NCBI GenBank assembly: GCA_018398765.1
Contig: JAHBMJ010000512.1
Location: 1-46,384 of the forward strand
DNA from: Chromera velia
Taxonomy: Eukaryota
Direction: 5' to 3'
DNA length: 46,384 nucleotides
Of the stretch, positions 26,060 through 37,700 are shown piece after piece. The notes below the pieces were generated by a model. The model did not search any database and was not told the DNA's origin. It worked only from the letters and a program-made list of their open reading frames with translations. The first letter of the stretch is position 1, and every line of letters begins with the position of its first letter. The position numbers and the translations under genes are program-made.

Positions 26060-26197
26060 AAGGAAGGAACTTGACTTTCGAATTAAGAAAACTCGTTTCT
26101 GGGTGCACAGTATAAAAAAAGAAAAAAATAACGATAGTAGCTGGCTGGATGTTTCACACCATGCAATTTATCATTTGATTTGTCTGCATATAAATAT

Positions 26198-26261
26198 GTG
26201 CCGCCCGGGAGCTTAGCGCTCCAACTGGGGTTAGGCATCCTCTAACTAACTAACTAACTAT
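26198..26261 (+). mobile_element. Possible 3' end of a non-LTR element: GC-rich stem-loop plus (CTAA)n tail
   Basis: TGCC...GGAGCTTAGCGCTCC...GGCA followed by CTAACTAACTAACTAACTA, in AT-rich surroundings. Confidence 0.3.
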
Positions 26262-26502
26262 GATTTTGGAATAAATAATTTAGCATATTAAAAGTAATTG
26301 CATATAGAGAATTCATTTAAGTAACGTACATTTCATGCACGATTTTTCATATTCTTTCTTAAAAATTAGTTGGTCCATTACCGTCCATAATAAATGTCTC
26401 CAGCTTTGTTATAGACCCAGCTAGGGACCCGGGCTAGCTGCAGTGTATCTAGCAGTGCAAAAAATAATTAATATGTTGTCAAACGACTTATTCGATCAAT
26501 TA

Positions 26503-26672
26503 TGGAGGTCTGACGCTCTCTCCCTCACTGGAGAGGATCGAGTGAAACCCTACTAGTTACCCTAGGCGCTAGCCCTAGGCGAAACCACATCGGTGCAAGC
26601 CGATACCTGGTAGTGGACCGCGGAGATTCCCGGAACATAAAATCCCATCTTATCCTAATCAATCAATCAATG
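26503..26672 (+). mobile_element. Short SINE or truncated-LINE 3' fragment, homologous to 29320-29505
   Basis: Shares CGGTGCAAG.CGA..CC.GG.AGTGGACCGCGG...AACATAAA(A)TCC with 29437-29505, followed by an ATCCT/ATCA-like tail. Confidence 0.6.
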
Positions 26673-27099
26673 ATTCAATATTTAAAAATGGGCTAGAAAA
26701 TGGGAAAAAAATGTATTCTTAAATAGTTTACTAGTACTAGTCTAGTAGAAGTCATTCATGTCAAAGTGTTTGTTGTATATGTATGTGAGTGGAAACCTAC
26801 TAGTAGTAGCCTATTTAATATCTAGCTAGTTTTCTCCATGGAAATATAGTTATTAGGGTGACTCCAGTAGTGACTTACATTTTTTTATATAACGTAATGC
26901 GTTGTTGTTAACGAGGACAACGAGGACAATGAGGAACAGAACCGACACAGAAGTTCGTTCCTCTTATTTCGGGGAAAAACGGCTCCGATTCAGCCGCGAA
27001 CGAAAGTATTCATTTTGAAGCAGCCATCTCCTTTTTCCTTTTCGTTGCCCGTTCGAAGTAGCGCACAAGTCGGATGTCTGGTACAAAAATTGTGGGTCA

Positions 27100-28750
27100 G
27101 GCATATGCAGGCAGCGATTAGACTGTTGTCATCTTTTCTGGCCGTTCCGCTGATAGACTCGCTGTATTATGCTGTTCAAGTAAAGACGTCCATAGAGCAG
27201 TTTCTGCAAGACCTGAGACAGTTTTGTCAATGTCAGATTCCTCCTTCCTCTGACTGTTCACCAAACGCCCCCCCTGCACCAGTAGGCATCTATGACAGAT
27301 TGGTGACAGACAAAAAGAAGACGCGAAGGTCTGCAAGGTACTTAAAGACACAGTTCCAGAAAAAGTTTGGGTGGGGAGATGGTAGCCAAAATGGAAGAGG
27401 CTTTGGTACGACGACGTCGTTCCAAAATGCCTCCACTTAGAAACTGTCTGCCCCCATCTGCTCGCAACATCTGAAGAAAGCCTGTACCTCCCCAAATGCC
27501 CTCGCATCCCCTCAGGATGAGCAGAATTCCGGAACTGATGCTTGCGCCCGCGACAGTCACTCCCTGTCTCATCATGAAGAGTCACCATCTTCACATCTAC
27601 AAGCGCCTTCCACCTTTGCCCAAGCATTTTCACCTCCCTGCCTACAAGCAGAAGCGCCTCCCACCTCTGCACAAGCCTCCTTACCTCCTAGCCCCACCTC
27701 CCTGCCTGCAAGCAGAAGCGCCTCCCACCTCAGAGTCTGTACAAGCCTTCCCACCTCCCTGCCTGCAAGCCTCCCACCTATGCACAAGCCTCCCCACCTC
27801 CCTGCCTGTAAGTAGAAGCGCCTTCCACCTCTGTACAAGCCTCCCCACCTCCTTGCCTGCAAGTAGAAGTGCCTCCCACCTCTGCACAAGCCTCCCCACC
27901 TCCCTGCCTGCAAGCAGAAGCGACTCCCACCTCAGAGTCTGCATAAAGCTTAGCCTCTCCACCTCCCTGCATGTAAGCAAAAGCGCCTCCCACCTATGTA
28001 CAAGCCTCCCCACCTCCCTGCGTGCAAGCAGAAACGCCTCCCACCTCTGCATAAGCCTCCCCACCTCCCTGCCTGCAAGCAGAAGTGCCTCCTACCTCTG
28101 CACAACCCTCCCCACCTCCCTGCCTGCAAGTAGAAGCGCCTTCCACCTCTGCACAAGCCTCCCCACCTCCCTGCGTGCAAGCAGAAACGCCTTCCAACTC
28201 CGTATAATCGTCTTCACCTCCCTGCTTGCAAGCCAAAAGTCTCAGACAACAAAGTGGCTAGACAGGTGAGCCTCCGACAGATTGCTACGCATGCTTGGAG
28301 ATGCTGAACGTGATGGAGAAAAATAAGGGAGCAGGTTGGTTGCAGTACGGTGGAGAAGGATTTGAGGCGTTTGAATGTTTCTTGTTTCATCTCATTTGGC
28401 TGAGAAAGATGAAGAGGGACAGAGCGCTTAATCATCTCAAGCTGGAAAAAATAGGGCACCCAGTGATAGAGCGTTTTCTGAAGATTCTCCTGTCTAGCTG
28501 CTCCAGAGAAAGAAGCAAGACGCGCCCTTGCTAAGGGTGCTAAAGAGTCGCATCGAGGAACTTCGGATTTCTTCACCCTTGTTTCTGGCTTGGAGATGGC
28601 CAGCAGAATCCCACAAGGAATCAAGGAACTCGCGGCAGAGATCCATTCCCACTACTGTTCACAAGATACCTCCAACCACCCCCCTTTCTGCACTTGCGAG
28701 ACTATTACAGTGGAGTAGTATGTCCCGCCTGTTTGTTGGCCTAACCGTGC
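27100..28750 (+). pseudogene. Decayed coding sequence of unknown family containing a 48-bp (16-aa) repeat array
   Basis: Protein-like segments broken by stops and frameshifts (...SIEQFLQDLRQFC...; EMLNVMEKNKGAGWLQYGGEGFEAFECFLFHLIWLRK...). The repeat reads SPPPCLQAEAPPTSAQA in one plus-strand frame. Confidence 0.35.
27590..28232. repeat. 48-bp minisatellite (CCTCCCACCTCTGCACAAGCCTCCCCACCTCCCTGCCTGCAAGCAGAAGCG-like), ~13 degenerate copies
   Basis: Direct tandem repeats with a period near 48. Confidence 0.92.
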
Positions 28751-29319
28751 CTCAGACTGTTATTACGTCTGTCTATCTGTCTCTCTTTCTGTCAGTCTTT
28801 CTCTTAATTTGTCGGTCAGTTTCTATAAGATCGAAACGATATGGCTCCGGCTATCTCCGGCCAGCGGTGTGCCAGTGGTGTTTATCTCTTGGTCTGTCTT
28901 TGTTTTTGTTCTTCTTTTGCCTGCTCTTAAAGTTTGTCTGTCTCTGTTTTTGTTCTTCTTTTGCCTGCTTTAAAGAGAAGGAAATTCGTAATGAAAGAAA
29001 GCTAATGAACCTGTCTGCTTGAGCAAACTGTACGTTCAGAGCTCCGGGACGGCTTTTATGTGCTTTGAGTCTCTCCGCTGCCTACTGCTGTGCGTCCACT
29101 TTTAATGAAATCCCTGAAAAAAAAAAATGATACAATCAATCGTTTACAGTCATTCTTTCTTTCAATCTGACATTGAAAATTGAAAAGCTATGAAGTCTGA
29201 TTGATGTTATCCCAGCAAACGCGTCGACGACGGTCGAGTCTTTCCTTCTTGGCCTGCTTTTGGCTCTAATGGTTTGATCAATCCGGTTTTCCTCATTGGT
29301 TTTTCTCATTGGTTCAAAG

Positions 29320-29505
29320 ACGGTATCGGGAATGAAAAGACCTCGATCCTAGGCATGAGAGGTTAGCCTACAACGCTCGATCTGTATGCAACAGCCTGCA
29401 GGTTTTGAGGTATCTACCTCCAGAGCGCCCTCTCAACGGTGCAAGTCGAGGCCCGGCAGTGGACCGCGGGGTAACCTAAAACATAAATCCTAATCCTAAT
29501 CCTAT
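29320..29505 (+). mobile_element. Short SINE or truncated-LINE 3' fragment with an (AATCCT)n tail
   Basis: Homologous to 26591-26660. It ends ACATAAATCCTAATCCTAATCCTAT, similar to the LINE tail at 32594-32616. Confidence 0.6.
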
Positions 29506-29769
29506 GTATATAAATTATTTAGTACAAAACAGCGCTAGTGCTCTAGGGCACCACTAAATCACTTATCACTTATAACTTAAATTGGTACTTATGGAGCTAT
29601 ATATTACCCATAGCCGACTAATTTAATTAAGTAAATACCCAACTAAAACTATAATATTATGAAGATGATAAGGCAACTTAACCCGGCTGGCAGCCGCCAT
29701 CATATGACTATACTATTATACAGTAAATTGTCAATAATCACTAGAATAATCATAAATAATCATCACCTG

Positions 29770-32616
29770 TTGATGAAGAGCAGTCTGTGACAGAAAGTCA
29801 GAAAAGGTAGTAAAAGCGAGAGTGACTAACTTATGCAAGACTTTTGAGGCTCTCACAAAGGCACGAGAATGGAAGATAAGAACAGACAGTGTAAGAGACT
29901 GAATGAAGAAAACAGGAAATCCAAAGAAGGCAGCAGGGAAAGACGGAATGCCCCCAGGCGTCTTAGGGGTGATGGCAAAGTCAGAGTCAGTGGTTGACTG
30001 CTACAACTGCTTGCTGAATGTGTGTGTTCGCTTTGTATGGTGGCCAGAGGGGTGGAATGATCTAGTGATTGCTGCTATCCCGAAGCCAGGAAAACTGTAA
30101 AACGTGCAGAAAGGACACAGACCAATTCACTTAGATTCTGCAGATGCGAAGTGGGGAGAACTGGGGATCAGAGATGCGGTAGAGAAAGAGGGGAGCGGGA
30201 AAAGGAATGAAGTACAGTTTGCATATAGGAAAGGGGTGGGGACTCTGAATGTTATTTTTCTTTTGCTTCAATCGATTGCACGTTTTGAGTGTCTGTATGT
30301 TTCTTTCATTGATTTTATGAGCGCGTTTGATGAAGCGAGTCATCGGATGATGGAAGTTCAACTGAGAAAGCATGGAGTGTCAGAAAAGACTATCAAGTAG
30401 GTGGCCGCATCTCTCCAGAACATCAGGGCAAGGGTGAGGGGAACGGACTGGTGGTTCAGAGAAAGTAAGGGGTCAAAGCAAGGCGGGCCGGCCGGTCCTT
30501 CTTTATTTTCTGCATATATTAACGACATGCCAGAAGAGATCAAGAAGAGAGCAAGGCTGACAGGGAGGGGGCCAAAGCTCCAGAGAGATGCAGACGGGTC
30601 GGAGGAAGACTTCCCCGTCGGCCTCTTTGCAGACGACACCTACCTGAAGTCAGCGGAGGCAAGGGAAATGGAAAGATTGCTGAGAGCTCTCGAGGAATAC
30701 GTAGAGCCCCTCAGACTTCTTTTGTCAGATAAATCAAGGTTCATTAAGTTCTGCCGGTCAGAAAGGGAAAGGGAAAGAAAGGAATCTTTTGTTTTGGGAG
30801 GGAAAGAGTTAGAGCAGGCAAAGGAATACCCATATCTTGGTTTGTTGTTGACAGAAGATTGCTCAGTAGATGCAATGATGAGAAAAAGAACAGTGAAAGC
30901 AGAAAGACTCTTTTTTGTGCTGAAAAGTAAGATCATATCAGCAGGAGAGATTCCTCCAGCCACTTGCTTCCATTAGTTTAAACAGACAGTGTGTGCCGTA
31001 TGGCTGTATGGCTATGAAGTGCATTCACATTCGCAGGAGTCTTTGGCAGACTTCAATCGATTGCAGAGGAGGTTCATTCGATGGGTTGTCCAGTTAAGAG
31101 AGAAAGAAAGCATACACACAACCTTTTTGGAGGCAGGCTTGCTCCCCATTGACTTAGTTGTAGTTCAGAGAATGCTGTTGTGGGCACAGAAAATTCTGAA
31201 AAAAACAAGAAATACACCAACAGGCCATGCGCTTGCCAAGTCAATTCAGGAGGGGGTGAACAGTGATTTGAAGGGGGGAAGACAACATCCTTTTCACTTT
31301 TTTCCTCATCTGAAGAAATGTGCTTAAACTCTTTTTCCATACAGACGAAGCAACCCTTTTTATATCAGGAAAGAGCCAGAAGCAGCAGGAAGACAGCCGG
31401 CATTTGAACAGAGAGACCAGATAGTAAGATGGGTTTAGCGCACTACAGAGAGAATCGGTGGCAAAAAGAAAGAACGAAGTCTTAAAGTTTGTGGAAAGAG
31501 TAGAGAGCACAATGCAAAAAAGAAAAGAAAACGAGAGAAAAGAACTGTAAGAAAGATTACTGATGCATCCGATTCATACTGTAATATCAAACGGAAACCG
31601 CTTGAACTTGTGGCTGCACAGCAAACAGACAGATGAAAGAAACAGAGAAAACGGTCTCTCAATTGAGAGAGAAAGCATTGGGCGGACCCCTGTATGCTAC
31701 AGAAAGGTTACACCTTAGTCAGTTTACAGAAGAAGAGCAGCATTCAGGGTGGGAGAGAGGAGCTTTAAGGTCAACAAGGGGAAATTCTCTCTTGATGGAG
31801 GGAGGGGGACCCCGCTGCACGACAGAAAATGCATTGTTTGCTCTGATCTTCTTGGCATCCAGATGGTTGAAGACGAAGTACACGTTCTGACCGAGTGTTC
31901 CTTGCATGATGCCGAGAGGGCTGTTTGCTTGCAGGCTCTTTCAGACACATGGAATGAAGGGAGGGGGGAAAGAGCAGGAGGAAAGCTAAAATGGGAAGAG
32001 GGAACAAACAGGAAGACAGAAAGGCTTGCCTTGTTTTCTTTTCTTTTAAGTGAGACAGATGGAAGCGTCGACAAGTTTTTGAAGGATGTTATCACAAAAC
32101 GAGCTGCCATAAAGGAATGCCGCAAGAGAAATGCATGCAGCCTGCAAGATGTATCAAGCATCCAGCTGGACCAAGCCCACCAAATCCTTTGGTCAAATGA
32201 AAAGGAAAGAAACAAAAGACAGGCAGAGTATTCAGCAACATGGCAGCAAATAAAGCAAGCAAAGGAAGAGGGAGAAACCAAAGGGTGGAGTGACTGGGAA
32301 GTAATGAGATTGGCCTCTAATCGATCGACCGTTTGTTTTAAGATGCCTCCGTTTGAAGCCTGTTTGAGCTCCGCCGGGTCGATCGGCGGGCCGCAGCACC
32401 GTCAGTGAGAGTTGATTGATTGCAGTCTTTCGCATGCGATTGATAGTAATTGATTGATTATCACGTAAACAGTTTGCGGCACAGGTCTTTTTGGCCTGTG
32501 CGGGCTGGCCAGGAAGGTCCGACGCGTGTATACGCTTTTCCTGGACGCCGCACGTCGAGCGCTCGGCATTGGGGCAGGAGGCCAATCCTCCAGACATTAA
32601 TCCTATCCTATCCTAT
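29770..32616 (+). mobile_element. 5'-truncated, decayed LINE (RT plus C-terminal CCHC; RTEX/CR1/L2-like) with a 3' stem-loop and (ATCCT)n tail
   Basis: RT motifs KAAGKDG, WPEGW...AIPKPG, HRPIHL, QFAYRKG, FIDFMSAFD, GSKQGGPAGPSLFSAYINDM, LFADD and YPYLG. C-terminal RKCIVC...EDEVHVLTEC. In-frame stops at 30098, 30398, 30974 and others. The 3' UTR hairpin GGAGG-CCAAT-CCTCC is followed by ATCCTATCCTATCCTAT. Confidence 0.95.
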
Positions 32617-32671
32617 GAATCGTTTGCATAACCTATACTAATATTAAACCTCGACCTAGTCTAGAAGTTTC

Positions 32672-34491
32672 TGTTATGTCCAATGAGGATGCTAACAATG
32701 GCGCAGCTAGAAAGGTGGCTAGCGTGACATAAGAACATGAAGCTGCATAGGCCATACGCAGAGTCCAAGGACTGTCAGATGGAATGAAAGGATGAAAGCT
32801 AGAAGCATGATGTCATTCTGATTGATCGAACTCTCATTGGGTGAGCATTGGTGGGATGAAATAATTGCGGTCGGACGGGCGAGTCGATCGCGCGGCCCCG
32901 GAAAGCTCCAGGCCCGGCAAGGCGCAGTGAGGCGGGAATGCAGCCTGTGCGTCGGCCCTGGAAGGCGGAACACAATACAGCTTCCCTTTTCTTTTCATTT
33001 CTTTTCAGTGATCTCGAGGAGCTGAGGGGTCTGAATGAGAGAGATAGATATGCAGAAAGCGAGATTGGTCAGAGGTAGGGAAACACATGAGCCCATAACA
33101 GGATTGTAGCCCTGTCAACAGAGCCTCCGGATACGGGAGGTCACGGAGGGAACCCATGCATGCATGCCTATCTCACCTGTCACACGTATATGGAGGTCCG
33201 CGTAACAAGGGTGACCGCTCATATAAAAAAAGAGAAGAGTGAAAATGAAAAAAACAGAGGCTTCAGACATGCCATTGGCTGCGAGAGATCATGTCTGCAT
33301 CGACTGCATGCAGAGTGAGGGAATGGATAAGCAATGGCAGTGAAGGTCGGAAAGTGGGAGAGGTGAGGAGACCAATGGATGATCGTTAAACGATCGGTGA
33401 TTGCAATGCGAAATCATCAAAGAAAAAAAAAAGGCAAGGCAACAAACAGATGCTGCGTACTCTCTTCGTCTCCCTCTGCCCTTGTCAGTACAGACGCCTG
33501 GATGAGTAAGTTCAAAATGAGAAGAGACGGCCAAAAGACAGACGCAGACATGCAGACTGTCGATCTCCTTGAGAAAGACAGACAAAGACATGACGAGTGG
33601 AAAGACCAAGAGGGCGGCCGCCGGACAAAGTCCTGGTGCCAGATGACTACGGAGGAAGAGAACCGCCCCCGTTGTATGTAGGCGCCTTGCACTGTGAAGT
33701 CTTAGACTAGCTGTGAGGTCAAGGAGGTCGAGTAGCAAGGTGGAAAATAGGTGGAAAGAATTCCACCAAAGCAACAAGCGAGCCTAGCAAGCGAGCCGTC
33801 TCGGTTTCTAAAAAAACAGTTCCATGAAGTTACGAAGATGATGATGGGCAAGAGGTTGATGACAACGTTCACGAGGTAAAAGGAGAGGACAGGACCAGGG
33901 CACGGGGCGGAAGCAGCGAACTTGATGAGAAGCAAGCGTAAAGTGGAGGATATCCACTTGGAAGCGCCCAAAGGAAGAGAGAACCGACAGTGTGAAAAGA
34001 GAAAATCAGGCCACGGAGGGCACAAGCGGAGAGAGGTTACCACGGGAGCCAAGGAGTCTAGAAGATACTCAAAGAAAAGATGGCAGTGCACCAAGCTACC
34101 CGGGACAAGTAAATCAAGGAAAGATGTCTTACAAAATGAGGAGACAGAAGAAGGAAGGTCCTGGATCGTTTTGGCGGTGCTACCATGTTATGTCCAATGA
34201 GGACGCTAACAATGGCGCAGCTAGAAAGGTGGCTGCCGTGACATAAGAACATGAAGCTGCATAGGCCATACGCATAGTCCAAGGACTGTCAGATGGAACG
34301 AAAGGATGAAAGCTAGAAGCATGATGTCATTCTGATTGATCGAACTCTCATTGGGTGAGCATTGGTGGGATGAAATAATTGCGGTCGGACGGGCGAGTCG
34401 ATCGCGCGGCCCCGGAAAGCTTCAGGCCCGGCAAGGCGCGGTGAGGCGGGAATGCAGGCTGTGCGTCGGTCCTGGAAGGCGGAACACAATA
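32672..34491 (-). mobile_element. Non-autonomous LTR retroelement (TRIM-like), 1820 bp. 306-bp LTRs at 32672-32977 and 34186-34491, 5-bp TSD GTTTC.
   Basis: The LTRs differ at ~9 of 306 positions. On the minus strand a PBS TGGTAGCACCGCC directly follows the 5' LTR, and a polypurine tract AAAAGAAAAGGGAAG precedes the 3' LTR. TSD at 32667-32671 and 34492-34496. No gag/pol motifs were recognised inside. Confidence 0.92.
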
Positions 34492-34749
34492 GTTTCCTTT
34501 CCTCTTCCTTCTTTTGTTTTTCGTAGCTTGCCTGGCTTGTTTCCTTCTGTTCTTTTTTCGTTCTGTATATCTTCCTTTCGTTCATTCATTCATTTAATTA
34601 TTCACTTACTCATTCATTCACTTCTCCTCCCCGCTCTTTCCTTTTGTTTCTCTCGTGGCGCTAAAAACTAATCGAAAATCTTTAATCATACTCATGCATA
34701 ATATGGTGCATTGAATAAGAAAGATATTCTATTTCTACCATGTACTGGT

Positions 34750-37700
34750 CTTTGAATAGTCCCTGTCTCTCTTTCCACTTGCAGCGAACACAAGTAGGTG
34801 GATCCGGTTATTTTTAAATGAAACCTGCGGTTTCCATCTGATATGCTTAAGGCCTGGTTTCCCCCCTGAGGGCCTCCCTTCTCTGATTGGAGGACTGCGC
34901 AGGAAGCAGAATTTTGAAAAGGTGCTGTCTTTACCATACTCCCTCCTCTTCTGTGAGCCTTCTGGATTAATAAACCCTCTCACTTACTCGTGGGTAACTG
35001 GGTCAGAAAGCATCAGCCTCAGGAGATCAGGAAGGGTACTCTTCAATGAAGACAGGTCTGGATCTCTTTACCTCCTTCTTTCTGATGCACGCAGCATCTA
35101 CTCCTGCTCGAAAGAGAACCTCCACAATATCCCACTGATAGAGGGTGAGGGCAAACAGCAGGGAGGGGGTGGGCTCTGGAACTGTCTGTTGGTCACGTTT
35201 GGTGAAACTCTTTCCTGTGCGTGTGGGAGCATTCAAATTGGTCCCTACTTCCGCCAGGGCCTCGACTCCCTCTCTGAACCCTGCAACAAGAGCGGCACCC
35301 ATGGGAGTTGTCTCATTCATCCCCCTGTTCAAGACGGAGACGGGAAGGACTCAGATAATGTGCTCTAGCTCAGGTAGCCAAGCGGAACGGGGAAAGATGT
35401 GAAGCACTCCGATCAATCGGAAAACGTTCTCCATCAAGTGCAAAATCGTAATCCTAGTCGTAATCTTTATTGAGGGCTGAGCACTCAAGTATGCCACACT
35501 CACCCATAAAAAGATGAGGACCAGCCTTAGAACAGAGCTTTTCCTTGCCTTCTCTCATAAGATAATCTCTGCAGCTGACCACTGCCTCGTATAAAACGCC
35601 CAGAAGAGGGGAGGGGTAGATGGACCCATGACGCTTAATTATAGAAGTGAGAGCGTGGATGTCTGCCCCTGATTAGACTAGAGCTTTGACCCCCTCCGTA
35701 TTCTGTACAGAGAGAGCGGCCCCGAGAGGGGTTCTGCTGGTGTGGTTGTCTGTCAATTGCCGCACAAAGTGGGGCAGCTTGCTATTATGCAAGAAGTGTT
35801 CGTCGGATGAATTTAAGATGGAGACGGGAAAACTGCGGATGATCTTCTCAAGAATAGGGCCGTGGCAGTAGGGGGACCTAATAACATTACTCAGCTCGAG
35901 AAGGCCCATCCTAAAAGCTTGTACTCTCACCCTTGCCAGTAGGAGACCAGGTCGAGCGCCAAGCTGCATGTAGTATAATATCAGAAAGAAGGACAGACAC
36001 GAGCACGTACCTTCTGATCGAGGCTCTGATATTAACCACCAAATCAAGTCTTTCCAGAATCTCACCAGCACGCCTCTGACGGTCGACATATGGATATTTT
36101 CAAATCGAACAGTGTGAGACAGAAAAGTGTGATGCTAGCTGTCCTACCATACAACTAGAGGAGACGGCAATATAAGTGAATCACCTCACATCCATTTATC
36201 GACTTATAGAAGGAGTCTGTCCAACCAGGGCAGAGTCATCAGCTTCCACCTGATCAGATCAATCTAGTGACTGTCAAAAAAAGAATATTTCCTACGCGTG
36301 CACATAGCCTTTGAATCTATACTGCCCTCCAGTCACACTCAAACTCGAGAGGCCCAAAGCAAGTCAAGATCAATACGATCAACTCAAAGACACATGAAAA
36401 TTCCGACCTGCCACAGCCAACCATCACTGTCACTCAGTCATTTACGAAGTGATCAGTGCTTAGCTAGCTACGTTCGATGTGTCACACTTTATATTGAAGC
36501 AAGCTCTCTCAATCAAGTCAGCCTTTCAAGCATGCTCTTCAATTCAGTCTACCTGCATGCACGTTCAGAGCCCCGCATGCAGGGCACTCTCGACTACCTC
36601 ATGCAGGAGATCGGGGGTGAGGGTCTCGATGCACAGGTTATGTGGGTGAAGAGGGAGTTTCAAAGGGCTGATGTGCTTACTCGAGCTGTCTGGTGGTGAG
36701 CAAAGGGGGAAGAAAAGGAAGAGAGTGAAAAGAGGTGTTGGTTTTCTTCTTTGCACAGTACTTGGCTCTCTTTGATTTTTAGACTGTCTTCTTCTTCCCT
36801 CTCATCTCTTCTCTTTGTCTCTGGATTTCCCTCTGCAAGAAGCCGAGCTGTTTTGATTTGATTAAACGGTGTGCTGCACTCGTATCCTTGCAAATCTTTA
36901 AATGAAAAAGTTTTGGGGAAACAAGTGGGGGGTGTGTGAAAAGTGTGTGTGCGATGCGAGCGAGAAATTTCAATGTGTGCATCACGAGCGAGAAGCGCTC
37001 TACGAATCCAAATACGCGATGAAGCGTCGAGCGTAGCTAGCTAAGCGCTGATTACTTCGTAAATGACTGAGTGACAGTGATGGTTGGCTGTGGCAGGTCG
37101 GAATTTTTATGTGTCACACTCTACATTGAAGCAAGCTCTCTCAATCAAGTCAGCCTTTCAAGCATGCTCTTCAATTCAGTCTACCTGCATGCGCGTCCCA
37201 GACCGCCACGCTTCATTGCACGTCCGGATTTGTAGAGCGCTTCTCGCTCGTGATGCACGCATTGAAATTTCTCGCTCACATCGCGCACACACTTTTCACA
37301 GTGAGTCGAAACAAAAAGAAAGAAAAATATCGTGGCATATGAAAGAAAAGGATGGTATTTTTATGTGGATACCATATGAGGCTGTGACGACCGAAACAAT
37401 ACAATCGGAAAGCCTTAATTCAGTTTACTATAAAATAGACAAACACGGACACCTAGAAGACATCGAAAGTATGCCTGGAGGCCTACAATACCCTACACCG
37501 ACGTGCATAGAGAGAAAAACCACTTCTCATCCCTATCCTGCAAAAATACATTGCCCCTTCTCGCACGTACCTAAATGAACATCGTCATAAGGCACCACCT
37601 CTCCTCTCCCAACAAGAGGAACGCACACCCATATAAGGTGAGTTTGAGCGGCAGCACTTTGATTCTTTCCTAGGATTCTTTTACGAACTGGAACTGCTTC

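Noticed and set aside
26505..26590. Possible hammerhead ribozyme (CTGAC...GAAAC with hairpins)
   Set aside because: The core reads CTGACGC rather than CTGANGA, and I could not build the three stems.
29903..31330. Stop-codon readthrough or alternative genetic code suggested by in-frame TAA/TAG in the RT and CRE frames
   Set aside because: The stops occur only in decayed mobile elements and pseudogenes. The intact genes have uninterrupted frames and end in TGA, TAG and TAA.
31327..31345. 19-nt match (AACTCTTTTTCCATACAGA) between the LINE and the hairpin element
   Set aside because: No TIRs or flanking duplication here, and it lies within LINE coding-like sequence. Treated as probably coincidental, though worth rechecking against the LINE consensus.
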